A DNA stretch of 64,000 nucleotides from a virus (lineage: Duplodnaviria > Heunggongvirae > Uroviricota > Caudoviricetes): IMG/VR virus record IMGVR_UViG_3300001373_000069; one strand, written 5' to 3'. Below are positions 9,014 to 19,019 of this stretch, piece by piece. Position 1 is the first letter of the stretch; each line of letters starts with the position of its first letter. The position numbers were made by a program, and so were the translations under genes. Under the pieces are notes generated by a model, which worked only from the letters and a program-made list of their open reading frames with translations, had not been told where the DNA came from and ran no database searches.

Positions 9014-10333
9014 CTAGCGACCAAACCCCATCTTTTTAACAGGTTTTTCTTCGTTCATTTTAGGATCATAATCTATATTGTATAGATTAGCTAGAGTGGT
9101 GGGAACCGTTACTCGATCAGACTTACCTAGAGCCTCTAATAATGCATTGGCTCTTTTAACCTCAAGTGGATTAAATGTATATTCAAGTTTTAACCTACCC
9201 TTCCTAAATAAAGCATCATCAAGAGATTCTTGTTTATTAACAGTAGCTATAACCTTGGTCTTTAAAATCTTACCTAAGATACCATCTGATATATTAAGGA
9301 TATTAGTTACAGCACCACCATTAGAGTGATTTCTGGTAAGTAATGCTTCCTCAGCATCTTCAAGCACAAGTATAGAATCTACTAATTGACTAGCAGCAAA
9401 TGTTAAAAAGGATGGATCAGTTAGTACCGAAGCAAATGCAGAAGGGACAAAAACAATCTTCTTACCTAGTTCCTCAGAAATATTGGTTAGATGAATAAGT
9501 AGTGATGTTTTACCCGTTCCAGGCTCACCTTTCAGTAATACCAAACCACTATCATCATTACCTAAGAAATCTATCAATTTTTCATACACATCTGCAAAGT
9601 CTTCGTTGTAGTTATGCTCAATAATATCCTTACCATAAGAACCGTTGGTTAAATAGTGTTTATTAAGAAATAAACCATTTGACGTGGATCCTAGAGTAAA
9701 TACAGCATCTTTAGTCTTGATTTTGACTTCCGGGTATTTGTATTTATCGTAATGTTTAAAAAACTTTTCAATATAAGGGTCTTCAACTGGGGTATAGATG
9801 TGAGATCCAACAATAATTGAAAACTCAGAACTCTTTGTAAAAGCAGCAATCTTTAATGATTTAGATTTATTTAGTCCTTCTTTAACAAGATCTTTTTCAC
9901 TATCATCGATATCTACTTCTTCAAAATCATCCGCATCTTTTATAACTTGGTATACATCATACTCATCAGGAGATAAATAATCACCACCAATTTTGGATTG
10001 CATAGCCATTTTAACTCTATCTTGGTTGGTATCGCCAGTAGAAACCACCAAATTAATGACCCATTTTACGCTTGGAATCACTACAATAGTATTGTTTCTA
10101 ACACTATCAATACACTCAAATATTACATAATAGGGAGTTTCCTCTTCAAATGTAGCGTCTAGGGCTTTGAAAAAATCATCCTTCTTGATATAATCAGTTG
10201 ACCTATAGTCAACAGAGAAATTAGAGGGATTAAATAAATGAGAGTATAGCAATGAAGGACTTGGTGTCTCCCCTTCTTCGGTTAATACTGAAATGGGTAT
10301 CTTACCCACAGATAATTGTTGGTTTTTCCTCAT
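9014..10333 (-). CDS. AAA+ ATPase
   Basis: Walker A 'LLKGEPGTGKTSLL', Walker B 'ILVLEDAEE', 'LDDALFRKGRL' Arg-finger-like. Confidence 0.7.
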   Translation of the reverse strand: MRKNQQLSVGKIPISVLTEEGETPSPSLLYSHLFNPSNFSVDYRSTDYIKKDDFFKALDATFEEETPYYVIFECIDSVRNNTIVVIPSVKWVINLVVSTGDTNQDRVKMAMQSKIGGDYLSPDEYDVYQVIKDADDFEEVDIDDSEKDLVKEGLNKSKSLKIAAFTKSSEFSIIVGSHIYTPVEDPYIEKFFKHYDKYKYPEVKIKTKDAVFTLGSTSNGLFLNKHYLTNGSYGKDIIEHNYNEDFADVYEKLIDFLGNDDSGLVLLKGEPGTGKTSLLIHLTNISEELGKKIVFVPSAFASVLTDPSFLTFAASQLVDSILVLEDAEEALLTRNHSNGGAVTNILNISDGILGKILKTKVIATVNKQESLDDALFRKGRLKLEYTFNPLEVKRANALLEALGKSDRVTVPTTLANLYNIDYDPKMNEEKPVKKMGFGR

Positions 10334-10336
10334 AGA

Positions 10337-10372
10337 TAAAATAAAAAGGGCTAAGGATTTCTCCCTAGCCCC
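10337..10372 (-). terminator. Rho-independent terminator (GGGCTAGGGAGAAATCCTTAGCCC + U-run)
   Basis: Inverted repeat 10348..10371 with A-run 10337..10346 on the plus strand; lies downstream of minus gene 10384..11580. Confidence 0.55.
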
Positions 10373-10383
10373 TATTTGAAATA

Positions 10384-11580
10384 CTAAAGTCCTAATTCTT
10401 CAGCTTCAGTAGCAACTTGTTTAGCAAGTTTATTACTGTTAGCAACAGCTTCGGCTTTGTACGTAGCCCACTCAGCGTCTTTCATTGCTGCATATTTAGA
10501 TGAGTGATAGATTCCTTTGTTACGGCCTTCAACAGCGCCAAACACGAAATACTCACGAACACGGATTGCTCCATCGCTAGAATCACTAACATCACAAATT
10601 GCACCAATTTCAGCTGGGTCAACGAAACATTCTAATAATTGGCAATTAAGTCCTTTATAAGATGAAACATAACGCCATCCTCCTACGTGTAATCCTTTTA
10701 CACAATTGGTATAGTCATAGGTATTAACCTGAGACCATTTTTCCAATGTATGTTTCTTACCAACCTGGATAACGTGTCCAGCTACAGTACCAGATAAGAA
10801 TTCATCGCCACCGGTTCCCATTACAGGAGGTTGGAAGAATAATTCTTCAGAAAACTCTGGTAAGGTATCTTTACCTTTAGTGATAACTCCGGTCTGGAAA
10901 TTGATGGTATCATCTTCTTTACCATACAAAGGCATACGTTTTGGTTTATTGGTTTCAGCGTCGATAACCCAACCTTCGGTGATCAGTTGAGCATATTTCT
11001 TAGCCACAACAAGACCTTCCTGGGTGATAGCAACGTCATTGTAAGATGCACGTGCCTTTGCACTTTCGTAAGTGAATCCTTCTTCTTTCATTAAACGAGC
11101 AACTTCTTCGTCATCAATAATGATAGAAGTAATATAATCAGCAAATCTTCCTGCTTTATCGGCAGTAAAATTAGGATTACGCAAGAAACGAATCCATGCC
11201 TTCACGATTGGTGTTGGGTCAATTTCTTTCTCAACTGATTCGAGAATAACTGACACCAATTTAACAGGGACCGGGGTTTTAGAGACTTTCTCCACACCAT
11301 TTTCAACTACCTTCACGAAATAATAACCGGTAGTTGCATTTTTGATCAAATCAGGGCAAGCAGTTGTGATCACATCAACTTCTTTTGTTTCCAGAAGAGC
11401 AGTTGTGGCTTCAACCCAAGCTTCGTATGCGACAGTTTCTTCAATGGTTTCCAGCTCAGTTTGTTTAGCTTTCAAAGAAGTTACTAGTTCTGCACTGAAT
11501 GGTACATTGAACTTTTTACCATTTACTGACCCATTGATCAATTTACCATCTGAGTGGCTTACTACATTAAATGTTAACAT
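10384..11580 (-). CDS. hypothetical protein (398 aa)
   Basis: ORF track. Confidence 0.55.
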   Translation of the reverse strand: MLTFNVVSHSDGKLINGSVNGKKFNVPFSAELVTSLKAKQTELETIEETVAYEAWVEATTALLETKEVDVITTACPDLIKNATTGYYFVKVVENGVEKVSKTPVPVKLVSVILESVEKEIDPTPIVKAWIRFLRNPNFTADKAGRFADYITSIIIDDEEVARLMKEEGFTYESAKARASYNDVAITQEGLVVAKKYAQLITEGWVIDAETNKPKRMPLYGKEDDTINFQTGVITKGKDTLPEFSEELFFQPPVMGTGGDEFLSGTVAGHVIQVGKKHTLEKWSQVNTYDYTNCVKGLHVGGWRYVSSYKGLNCQLLECFVDPAEIGAICDVSDSSDGAIRVREYFVFGAVEGRNKGIYHSSKYAAMKDAEWATYKAEAVANSNKLAKQVATEAEELGL

Positions 11581-11635
11581 AATACTTAAATTTGGATTTT
11601 TTTGACATAGTCTATTTAAGTTATTATAGTTTAAT

Positions 11636-12493
11636 TTACAGATATTTGGACAATATTTGACGACTTTTTTCGTCTTTAAGTTTCTGAAGACCAGATAGTT
11701 TTAACTTTCTTACCTGCTCCGGAGTCATGTCCAACGACTCTCCAACTAGTTTAATCGACGACTTCAGATAATCACCTGAAAACCCAAAGAACGCGCGAAT
11801 TACTTTAACTTCATTTTCTGTTAGTCGAGTAAATACTCTAGCTAAATCAGTATTGAAATCAATTTGATCCATAGGTGAATCGGAACCCGACAACAATAAA
11901 GAATTCTCCATTGGATCATCTTCATCCTCTTCACTTCTAGTTGTCAATATTAACTTTGAGAACATTTTTGGGTTCAATACAAATTCATAGTCTACGTCTT
12001 CCACTTCTCCAATAATATCGGGTAATTCTTTACCGTGCAATTGATCATTATGAAGCTTTTCACGCATTTTCATCTGACTGTTCCGTATGTTCTTTGGTAC
12101 TTTAACAGGTCTATTAAACTGATCTAGGGCCTCTTTCATTTGCCTACTTATACTAACATTGCTATAAGTGACAAATTTGGTGGTAGTTTGAGTTGTATCA
12201 AACTGTTCTATTGCAGCTATTAAACCTATCATACCTTCACTAATAAGATCGGATAGAGGCAATCCTTGTTCTTGGTAATTTTTTGCGATTGAAACCACAT
12301 ATCTACCAAAAGACATTATAATTGCATCTCTAGCATCCATATTCCCATCTCTCCGATACTTGTCTACTAACTCTCTTATAGCAGAATCGTTTGGAAATCT
12401 TGTAGGAGTAAGTTTATCTATATCAGCTATATATAACTTATCTGTCGTATCACGAAGAACCGGAATTATTCTACTATTATAGGATTTCATCAT
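11636..12493 (-). CDS. Sigma-70 family RNA polymerase sigma factor-like protein
   Basis: Region 2-like 'LISEGMIGLIAAIEQFD' and region 4-like 'TPEQVRKLKLSGLQKLK'. Confidence 0.6.
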   Translation of the reverse strand: MMKSYNSRIIPVLRDTTDKLYIADIDKLTPTRFPNDSAIRELVDKYRRDGNMDARDAIIMSFGRYVVSIAKNYQEQGLPLSDLISEGMIGLIAAIEQFDTTQTTTKFVTYSNVSISRQMKEALDQFNRPVKVPKNIRNSQMKMREKLHNDQLHGKELPDIIGEVEDVDYEFVLNPKMFSKLILTTRSEEDEDDPMENSLLLSGSDSPMDQIDFNTDLARVFTRLTENEVKVIRAFFGFSGDYLKSSIKLVGESLDMTPEQVRKLKLSGLQKLKDEKSRQILSKYL

Positions 12494-14574
12494 ACTTTTA
12501 AATCAATATATTCCTTAATCTGAGCGCCTAAAATAAGCTCTTCTGTTTTATCGTAAAAATACTTCCTTGAATACAATTCGATTAAAGCAAGATAATCTTT
12601 AGTCTTACCAAAGAAATCTCTCCAGTAGTTGACTTCGTCAATAAGCAAAATATCAACAGAAGAAATATGATCTACCGTATCACATAGGTAGTCAGGCACA
12701 CTAGAATTGATAATTTTGAGGATATCGGTGGGGTCTTCCATTGATAATATACCTTCAGCACCTAATTGTAGTTGAATACAGTCTCCAAAGAAAACAGTAT
12801 CCATAGTACTTGTATTATAGGCATATGACCTATCAAACCACCCTTTAGTTATTTTAACTAGAGCTACATGTTCATCAGGAAAGATATTCTCTACTACTTC
12901 TGGTAATAGTATTGATTGTGCATTGTACTCGGCAAACAACTTATTAATAACCGACGCGGTTGCAGCAGCTTTAATATCATCTCCGAACACTAACTTACCG
13001 GAATTGGAATCATAAGACTTAACAACAAACTCATTAAGTGTTTTATACTTAGGTGAATTCATAAAATACTTCTCATTATCCTTAGCAATCAATACCATCT
13101 CAATGGGTTTAGCATTAGGGTTGAAGCAAGTGTAATTAGGAACACCGTTATCATCCAAACTATCCTTATCTCCTCTCCAATCATTATGACAAGATAGATA
13201 ACCATGCGGAAACTGATTTGCAATATTCTTCATATCAGACCTGTCATTAGATGTACCGTAGATAACTACTTTAGAAGGATCATAGAGGGATGGGATATTA
13301 CTTATATTGGTATCATAAGCACTGAACACATAGTTATTGTATGACTTATTGATCTTATGAACTACAATTTGAGCATTGGCTTTTCTAATAGCACCTCTAT
13401 CGATAATTGTATTAGAACTATCATCAGGGTCTCCTCCCGAATCAAGTTCACCTGCTAAATAAGCTTCCATAGTATCATCCGGAACTTTAACATCCGAATA
13501 CTTAAGAATCTTAGCAGAAGATAGAACTAGTTTCGCGAATAGATCAGCTTTATAGAACTCATCTTTAGGTTGAATCAACACAAAAGCGCCGACAGTATCA
13601 CTTAAGTACCTATCAACGTACATATCTGCTTTACCTTCGGAAAAATATACCGGAAGTGCAAATGCATCTACTCCAGCAATATTACCGCGCTCAATCTTAT
13701 GAGTATACCTATCGTATATAACACGACGGGCCATCAACTTATTTCCAATCATCTCAATAACTTTAGTAGAATACTCTACTTGTGTATTGAGGGGATATCT
13801 AACGTTAGTAATAGCACTGGCATCAATAATTGACGCTAATCTACCAATAACACTCGAGTTATTACCATTCTTCAACGCAGACATAGTTTGAGCGGCCTTA
13901 ACCATCCATTCCATGTAGTCTGTTTCACTAGACAAACTATCATTAACAAACTTTGCAGCTGTTAGCGATACCCGGTCATAAGCTTCCAGTACAGCTTTAC
14001 GAGTCTTTGGAGACCATACAAGAGCTTCTCTTGACGGAGTAACCTCAACATCGTTTACACTTAATATGAAGCCTACAGCGCCTCGTTTGGGTTCTATTTC
14101 AAGTTCATTAAAAGCAATGAAACCATAATTAATCAAGGCTTTACCTGTACCCAATAGAACGTGTGGCTTGTCATATACAGTGGATTCTGAGATAATAATA
14201 TCATCATCTCTGTATAATTCTTTAGCAGCGATATCTACATTGGTATAGGATAAAGCACCTTGAGCTTTAGTGTATACTTTGATATTAGGAAGGTACATTA
14301 ACTGAGACTGTATAGCCTCAAATAACAACTTCTTATTATGCTTTTTAATTTCAACCTGAACCTCTAACCCATTCTTTTCCGAGGTTTCTTCGTAATAAGC
14401 TATACAATCATCTGTTAACTGTAAATACTCATTTACTTTTCCACCACTTATTTTGGGAGTTACAGGGTCCACTTTGTCTAAATAGACGTCGAATTTGAAC
14501 TTTTTACCATTATATCTGTTGATTACCCTAAAAGAGTCAACATTCAATGATAGAGCTACTTTACTACCTAACAC
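12490..14574 (-). CDS. Large ORF (694 aa, GTG start as reported), candidate downstream exon of the split GHKL/Hsp90-like ATPase gene
   Basis: N-terminal '..VLGSKVALSLNVDSFRVINRYN' aligns loosely with Hsp90 'GFYSAFLVADKVTVITKHN'. The in-frame open frame extends only 3 codons upstream to a TAA that lies next to the repeated 14-mer. Confidence 0.5.
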   Translation of the reverse strand: MLGSKVALSLNVDSFRVINRYNGKKFKFDVYLDKVDPVTPKISGGKVNEYLQLTDDCIAYYEETSEKNGLEVQVEIKKHNKKLLFEAIQSQLMYLPNIKVYTKAQGALSYTNVDIAAKELYRDDDIIISESTVYDKPHVLLGTGKALINYGFIAFNELEIEPKRGAVGFILSVNDVEVTPSREALVWSPKTRKAVLEAYDRVSLTAAKFVNDSLSSETDYMEWMVKAAQTMSALKNGNNSSVIGRLASIIDASAITNVRYPLNTQVEYSTKVIEMIGNKLMARRVIYDRYTHKIERGNIAGVDAFALPVYFSEGKADMYVDRYLSDTVGAFVLIQPKDEFYKADLFAKLVLSSAKILKYSDVKVPDDTMEAYLAGELDSGGDPDDSSNTIIDRGAIRKANAQIVVHKINKSYNNYVFSAYDTNISNIPSLYDPSKVVIYGTSNDRSDMKNIANQFPHGYLSCHNDWRGDKDSLDDNGVPNYTCFNPNAKPIEMVLIAKDNEKYFMNSPKYKTLNEFVVKSYDSNSGKLVFGDDIKAAATASVINKLFAEYNAQSILLPEVVENIFPDEHVALVKITKGWFDRSYAYNTSTMDTVFFGDCIQLQLGAEGILSMEDPTDILKIINSSVPDYLCDTVDHISSVDILLIDEVNYWRDFFGKTKDYLALIELYSRKYFYDKTEELILGAQIKEYIDLKV

Positions 14575-14783
14575 TTTGTTATCTTAAAGGCTCTTTATCC
14601 TTTAATTCTCATACTTTACCATAGTATGATGTTCGGACTATGTCATCACCCTAAACCAGGGTGTCGCGCGCTCGTGTCGTTTTACTGTCCGTTCTGGACT
14701 CCATACGTTAGTCTCTGCTCCTTCAATGCATTCCTGCAAAGCTTGGATCACGATTACCCTTCAAGGGAGGGCTTTCCGTGAGT

Positions 14784-15428
14784 TCACGCGATTTTAATGG
14801 GGCTTAGGATTTCATCGACTAAAGCCTTTTTTCTTTTTAAGTACCATGATGAATCAGAGTATAATAGACCAACCAGTAATTCAACATCAGTTTTTCTACG
14901 CACTCTAAGTACATATATTTTCCCCTGTTGTCTAACTGTTGAATGAATACCATAACTGTTAAAAAAGTCTTGTAGTGGTATTATTTCAGGTTCAGTAATA
15001 CACAAAGTCATATTCCAATATGGTTTTCCATCTGTAATTTGCTTTGAATAACAACCATCGCCATCTATATAACCCCTGATATAATGAATAAATAATTCTT
15101 CAGGTAAATCTAATAATACCGATTTTACACCAATATTAACTAAATCAGTATAAAGCTCTTTATTATAAGACCTCAATACTACCTTGTTATTAAATCGTTC
15201 CTCATTATTCCACACATAACTATCCTCGCTATATGATATATTAAAGAATGGAAATTCACTTTCAAATCGTTTAATAATTTCCTCATCTTTAATACTTAGT
15301 TTTAACTTACTACAACTGCTATATGCAATTTTAGAGTAATGCAAACTACCATCAGCATGAAAGAAACCTAGAAAATATGCTTTAGCTTCTGTGTCAATAT
15401 TCTTAAATTCATCATTATAAGATACCAT
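14784..15428 (-). CDS. LAGLIDADG homing endonuclease
   Basis: 'YFLGFFHADGS' and 'YIRGYIDGDGC' LAGLIDADG motifs. Confidence 0.85.
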   Translation of the reverse strand: MVSYNDEFKNIDTEAKAYFLGFFHADGSLHYSKIAYSSCSKLKLSIKDEEIIKRFESEFPFFNISYSEDSYVWNNEERFNNKVVLRSYNKELYTDLVNIGVKSVLLDLPEELFIHYIRGYIDGDGCYSKQITDGKPYWNMTLCITEPEIIPLQDFFNSYGIHSTVRQQGKIYVLRVRRKTDVELLVGLLYSDSSWYLKRKKALVDEILSPIKIA

Positions 15429-15790
15429 AACTATTTATTTGGATTAATTGTAAAATCGTACCAAATATATTATAGTTAGAAAAATTGATTGTGTTTACCC
15501 CATTTCCCCAAAGCATCTTTATTCGCACGCTTTGTAGAATACATTTTATTATTTATATAGGCTCTTTATCCTATACTTTCTACAATTTATCTTGTTATAG
15601 TTGTAGAGTAGACTATATCTTTAACTTGCAAACCGCAAGCAGTGTCCCGCTTTCGTGGAGAACTTTATAGCTTTGGCTTTACCCAGTAAGCGTCATCTCT
15701 AGTCGTTCGGCATTTACAATTATTTCTAACTGATTTAGCACGGGATTGTCCTCTTCAGGAGTTTCCCCGTTTAACGGAATTTATACTCAA

Positions 15791-16429
15791 CTATTCTATT
15801 AAATTACCTTCTTTGTTGTATACTACCCAATGAAATCCTTTACATGTTGTACTGTTGATAGAAGATCTGATAATATGTGATGCATGATTTAGTCCAAGAT
15901 CTCTGAAAGCTTGATATGGATTGTCATATGTATGCACTAAATTCCATTTAGAATCATATTTCTCGCACTTTCCATACTTACCAGTTCCTCTTCTATTTGT
16001 ATTACCAAGTTGTGCAGTTTTAGAAGATTCACTAATCTTTTTCCATACTTCTTGAGTATGTAAATGAGACTGATCTCTTAATTTTGCTTTAGCAGACATT
16101 TTGGCTTTAGTGGATTTACCAAACCTAAACCCAGTAGTTCCCAGACCAGGATAATCAGCATTATAACCATTACTAACGGTATCTAACAAATTAACCCAAT
16201 AGTACTCCATTTGTAAACAATATTCTGGGGGATAAGTCTCGAGAATCTCAAATCTAAATGATTCCTCTCCGTACTTGTTCCAAGAACGTTGTAAATGATC
16301 ATTATAATGAGTATTTGATCGTAATTTACGTCTGTGATCTGACCATCTAGAACTAAAATATCGTTGAGCTGACCCTACGTACATTTTTCCATTAACAGTA
16401 TTTGTGATAGTATATACACCTGATTTCAT
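15791..16429 (-). CDS. GIY-YIG homing endonuclease
   Basis: 'SGVYTITNTVNGKMYVGSAQRYFSSRWSDHRR'. Confidence 0.85.
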   Translation of the reverse strand: MKSGVYTITNTVNGKMYVGSAQRYFSSRWSDHRRKLRSNTHYNDHLQRSWNKYGEESFRFEILETYPPEYCLQMEYYWVNLLDTVSNGYNADYPGLGTTGFRFGKSTKAKMSAKAKLRDQSHLHTQEVWKKISESSKTAQLGNTNRRGTGKYGKCEKYDSKWNLVHTYDNPYQAFRDLGLNHASHIIRSSINSTTCKGFHWVVYNKEGNLIE

Positions 16430-16475
16430 AATATAAGTATTTGTGTACCTATATTATAGTTAATTAATTTGAATT

Positions 16476-16901
16476 TTACATTTTATTGAGTTGAAAATAG
16501 CCTATAAGTCTCTGTTTACCAAGGCCTACACCATTATCAACAATCCTTAATATATCCTTCGATACACCCTCTTCATAATAAATATGAACTAATGGATCAG
16601 TTGATAGCCATGTTGGATCGAAATAACTAGGATCCCACCCCGACGAATGATAGATGCTATCTTGTTTAGTTACATCGAAGTGGTTCTCTACAGCCGAATC
16701 ACCGCGAATAATTGCGAGAGCAACATCCCGTTCCTTGATTGCATCATAGGCATTGGAAGTCAATTCTCTAATAGTTGATTGAATTGGGAATGCATAAAGA
16801 CCACGTTGAAGGATATCCAAGGCTAACGGCATGCTATCCTGATCGATATTCTTACGAATACCACCTTCTGTCTCTATGAACTTTTGTTCTATTACAGCCA
16901 T
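16476..16901 (-). CDS. GHKL (Hsp90/MORC-like) ATPase N-terminal fragment, candidate 5' exon
   Basis: 'RELTSNAYDA' (Hsp90 'RELISNASDA' N-box) and 'LRIVDNGVGLGKQRLIGYF' (G1 box 'IVDTGIGM..'); the ORF stops right where the G2 box would begin. Confidence 0.6.
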   Translation of the reverse strand: MAVIEQKFIETEGGIRKNIDQDSMPLALDILQRGLYAFPIQSTIRELTSNAYDAIKERDVALAIIRGDSAVENHFDVTKQDSIYHSSGWDPSYFDPTWLSTDPLVHIYYEEGVSKDILRIVDNGVGLGKQRLIGYFQLNKM

Positions 16902-16951
16902 ATCAATTTAAAAAATATTGATTAGATACTTTTTAATTTACAGCAATTTAA

Positions 16952-17371
16952 TTACTTATAGATTTGGTGAATCGCATCAACGATATCCTTTGCTGGTTTT
17001 AATCCGATACCCAAGAGCTCTTTAACGTTTTTTACAGCCATTAATTTCGTATCTTTTAGATCTCGTACCATATACACCAGTTCATCATTCTCCAAAGCAT
17101 CATTGATTACCTTGGCATACTCTTTGGTTACATCTCCACCTTCTTTAGTATCTGAGTTCGCTATAAGAGAAGCCATAAAGTCATCATTACACTGATTATG
17201 TGTTGGGTAAGTAGCAAACTCCGGATAGAATGAATGCACAGTATGTGGTTCTCCTTTGGGAATAATACTATTACAGTGAGAACAATATTTATTACTACGA
17301 GCCTTGGTACCAACACTCCGAGACTCGTAGTAATCATCTTTTAATAAATAGGCGTGTTTCTTTACCATCAC
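16952..17371 (-). CDS. hypothetical protein with C-terminal segment resembling ribosomal L7/L12 CTD
   Basis: 'MAVKNVKELLGIGLKPAKDIVDAI' vs L7/L12 'VKEALGLGLKEAKDLVE'; N-terminal Cys/His-rich. Confidence 0.4.
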   Translation of the reverse strand: MMVKKHAYLLKDDYYESRSVGTKARSNKYCSHCNSIIPKGEPHTVHSFYPEFATYPTHNQCNDDFMASLIANSDTKEGGDVTKEYAKVINDALENDELVYMVRDLKDTKLMAVKNVKELLGIGLKPAKDIVDAIHQIYK

Positions 17372-18789
17372 TCAACAGGCCATTCTTTGCCCATAGACAT
17401 AATAACCTTATTACTATTATATTGAAGAATATTAGTAAGGTTTTCTGGGTTAATACCAACAGCATCAAAAATAATACGAATAGCATCAACTACTTTATCT
17501 TTAGGATCATAACTAGAACGAAGAGTTAGTTCCTCTTGATGTTTATATGACTTAACTGTTGTGCTAAATAAATGGGGGGAAATAGTAACATCATTAAATG
17601 AATTAGCTAATGTTTTAGCTTCATCGATAATTTCACGTACAAAAGATGCCGGCATATCTGTAAGTATATCAACACATGATGAATAATCGGCTTTACTATC
17701 ATACATTTTACCCATAAAGCGTTCACAAAAAGGTAAAACATCTATAGCAGGTATTCCGCCTACATGAAGTAATTTAGAAATACGACCAGCACGAATCATA
17801 AACGAAGAAATACGATCGATATAATTGGTTGTCATAACATTGATCAATTTAAGATCTTTGTTGTACCCTGCATCGATTTTATTAAGGATATTTTGTTGCA
17901 TCTCTCCGCGAATTTCTCCATCGAAAGCTTGATCAATATCCTCTACAATTGTGATAACTTTCCACCCACGTTCAGATACTAATACTTCAGCAATGTCAAG
18001 AATCTTTTCGTAGTGTTTTGCATTTTCACAAAAGATAACAGTATACCCATTTTCAATTGCAATAGGACTTACATAGTTAAACATCATAGATGTCTTACCA
18101 GTCCCTCCTTTACCATGCAACAACAAAGAGTATTTATTATTAATACCAAGATTATCAGATTTACCAGTTAATCTGGATACAATAGGAATTAATCCTGTGC
18201 GAATTTCAGAGTAAATAAAAACATCCTGATTTTTAATCTTATTAACAGGGATTATAGAAACAGTTTGTTTTTCATTATCATCAACAATAATTTTCAATAC
18301 TTTATGTTGTAGATAAGATCTGGTTTTAGACATAGTTTTAACCATACCAACCAAAGCATCTGCTTCCTCTTTTCGGGTTTTAGGTGCATCAACCTCAAGA
18401 ATCATTTGAACATTAGCAAAGTCATAGTAACAACTTATATTAATGTTTGTCGCTAATTCTTCATCCTCGTCATCATAGATATTATTACGACGGCGATAAT
18501 CTTTTTTGCGCCGTTCATCATCAGTTAATGGCTTCTTTTTCAAAGTACCATCTATATTGAACTCACCAATACTTAAAGATCCAAGAGGCATTCTAATACT
18601 CTCATCTGTGTCTGGATCAACTATAGTTAAAAACTCAGGATCACTTTCCCCAGACATACCTTCAGTAGGTTCATACACAGATGGTCCAAACATTCCTGTT
18701 ACTGCTAAATGAATAGCATAATACAGTTCTTCTCTAAACCCTTTAATAGAATGATTATCTACCTCGCGGGGAACTTTTACTTTTGACAT
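17368..18789 (-). CDS. AAA+ ATPase
   Basis: Walker A 'LLLHGKGGTGKTSMM', Walker B 'ITIVEDIDQ', 'MIRAGRI'. Confidence 0.65.
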   Translation of the reverse strand: MSKVKVPREVDNHSIKGFREELYYAIHLAVTGMFGPSVYEPTEGMSGESDPEFLTIVDPDTDESIRMPLGSLSIGEFNIDGTLKKKPLTDDERRKKDYRRRNNIYDDEDEELATNINISCYYDFANVQMILEVDAPKTRKEEADALVGMVKTMSKTRSYLQHKVLKIIVDDNEKQTVSIIPVNKIKNQDVFIYSEIRTGLIPIVSRLTGKSDNLGINNKYSLLLHGKGGTGKTSMMFNYVSPIAIENGYTVIFCENAKHYEKILDIAEVLVSERGWKVITIVEDIDQAFDGEIRGEMQQNILNKIDAGYNKDLKLINVMTTNYIDRISSFMIRAGRISKLLHVGGIPAIDVLPFCERFMGKMYDSKADYSSCVDILTDMPASFVREIIDEAKTLANSFNDVTISPHLFSTTVKSYKHQEELTLRSSYDPKDKVVDAIRIIFDAVGINPENLTNILQYNSNKVIMSMGKEWPVE

Positions 18790-19019
18790 TTTTTTGCCTT
18801 TTTAATTAAATTATTAAATACTTCTAAGGTATCAGCTAAGCAATCAATTCTTATCTTGGCACCTGTTATCTCAATACGCTTTGCATTTCCAAGTCTATTA
18901 GCACCTTTTATAGCTAATTCAGCCTGCGATAAAGTAAAGACAACTCCTTTACAAGAAGCTGTTTCCGATAACTCATCGTACTCTACAGGAAACCCATTAA
19001 ATGTACCTATCACCATCAT
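18777..19019 (-). CDS. hypothetical protein (80 aa)
   Basis: ORF track. Confidence 0.4.
   Translation of the reverse strand: MMVIGTFNGFPVEYDELSETASCKGVVFTLSQAELAIKGANRLGNAKRIEITGAKIRIDCLADTLEVFNNLIKKAKKCQK

Larger units (their letters stand above)
14575..16475 (-). other. Intervening segment with two HEGs: candidate twin group I introns (or one complex intron) in the GHKL ATPase gene
   Basis: Two free-standing HEG ORFs, each followed ~180-230 nt downstream by the identical 14-mer aggctctttatcct (14588..14601 and 15559..15572) within GC-richer non-coding stretches. Confidence 0.45.
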
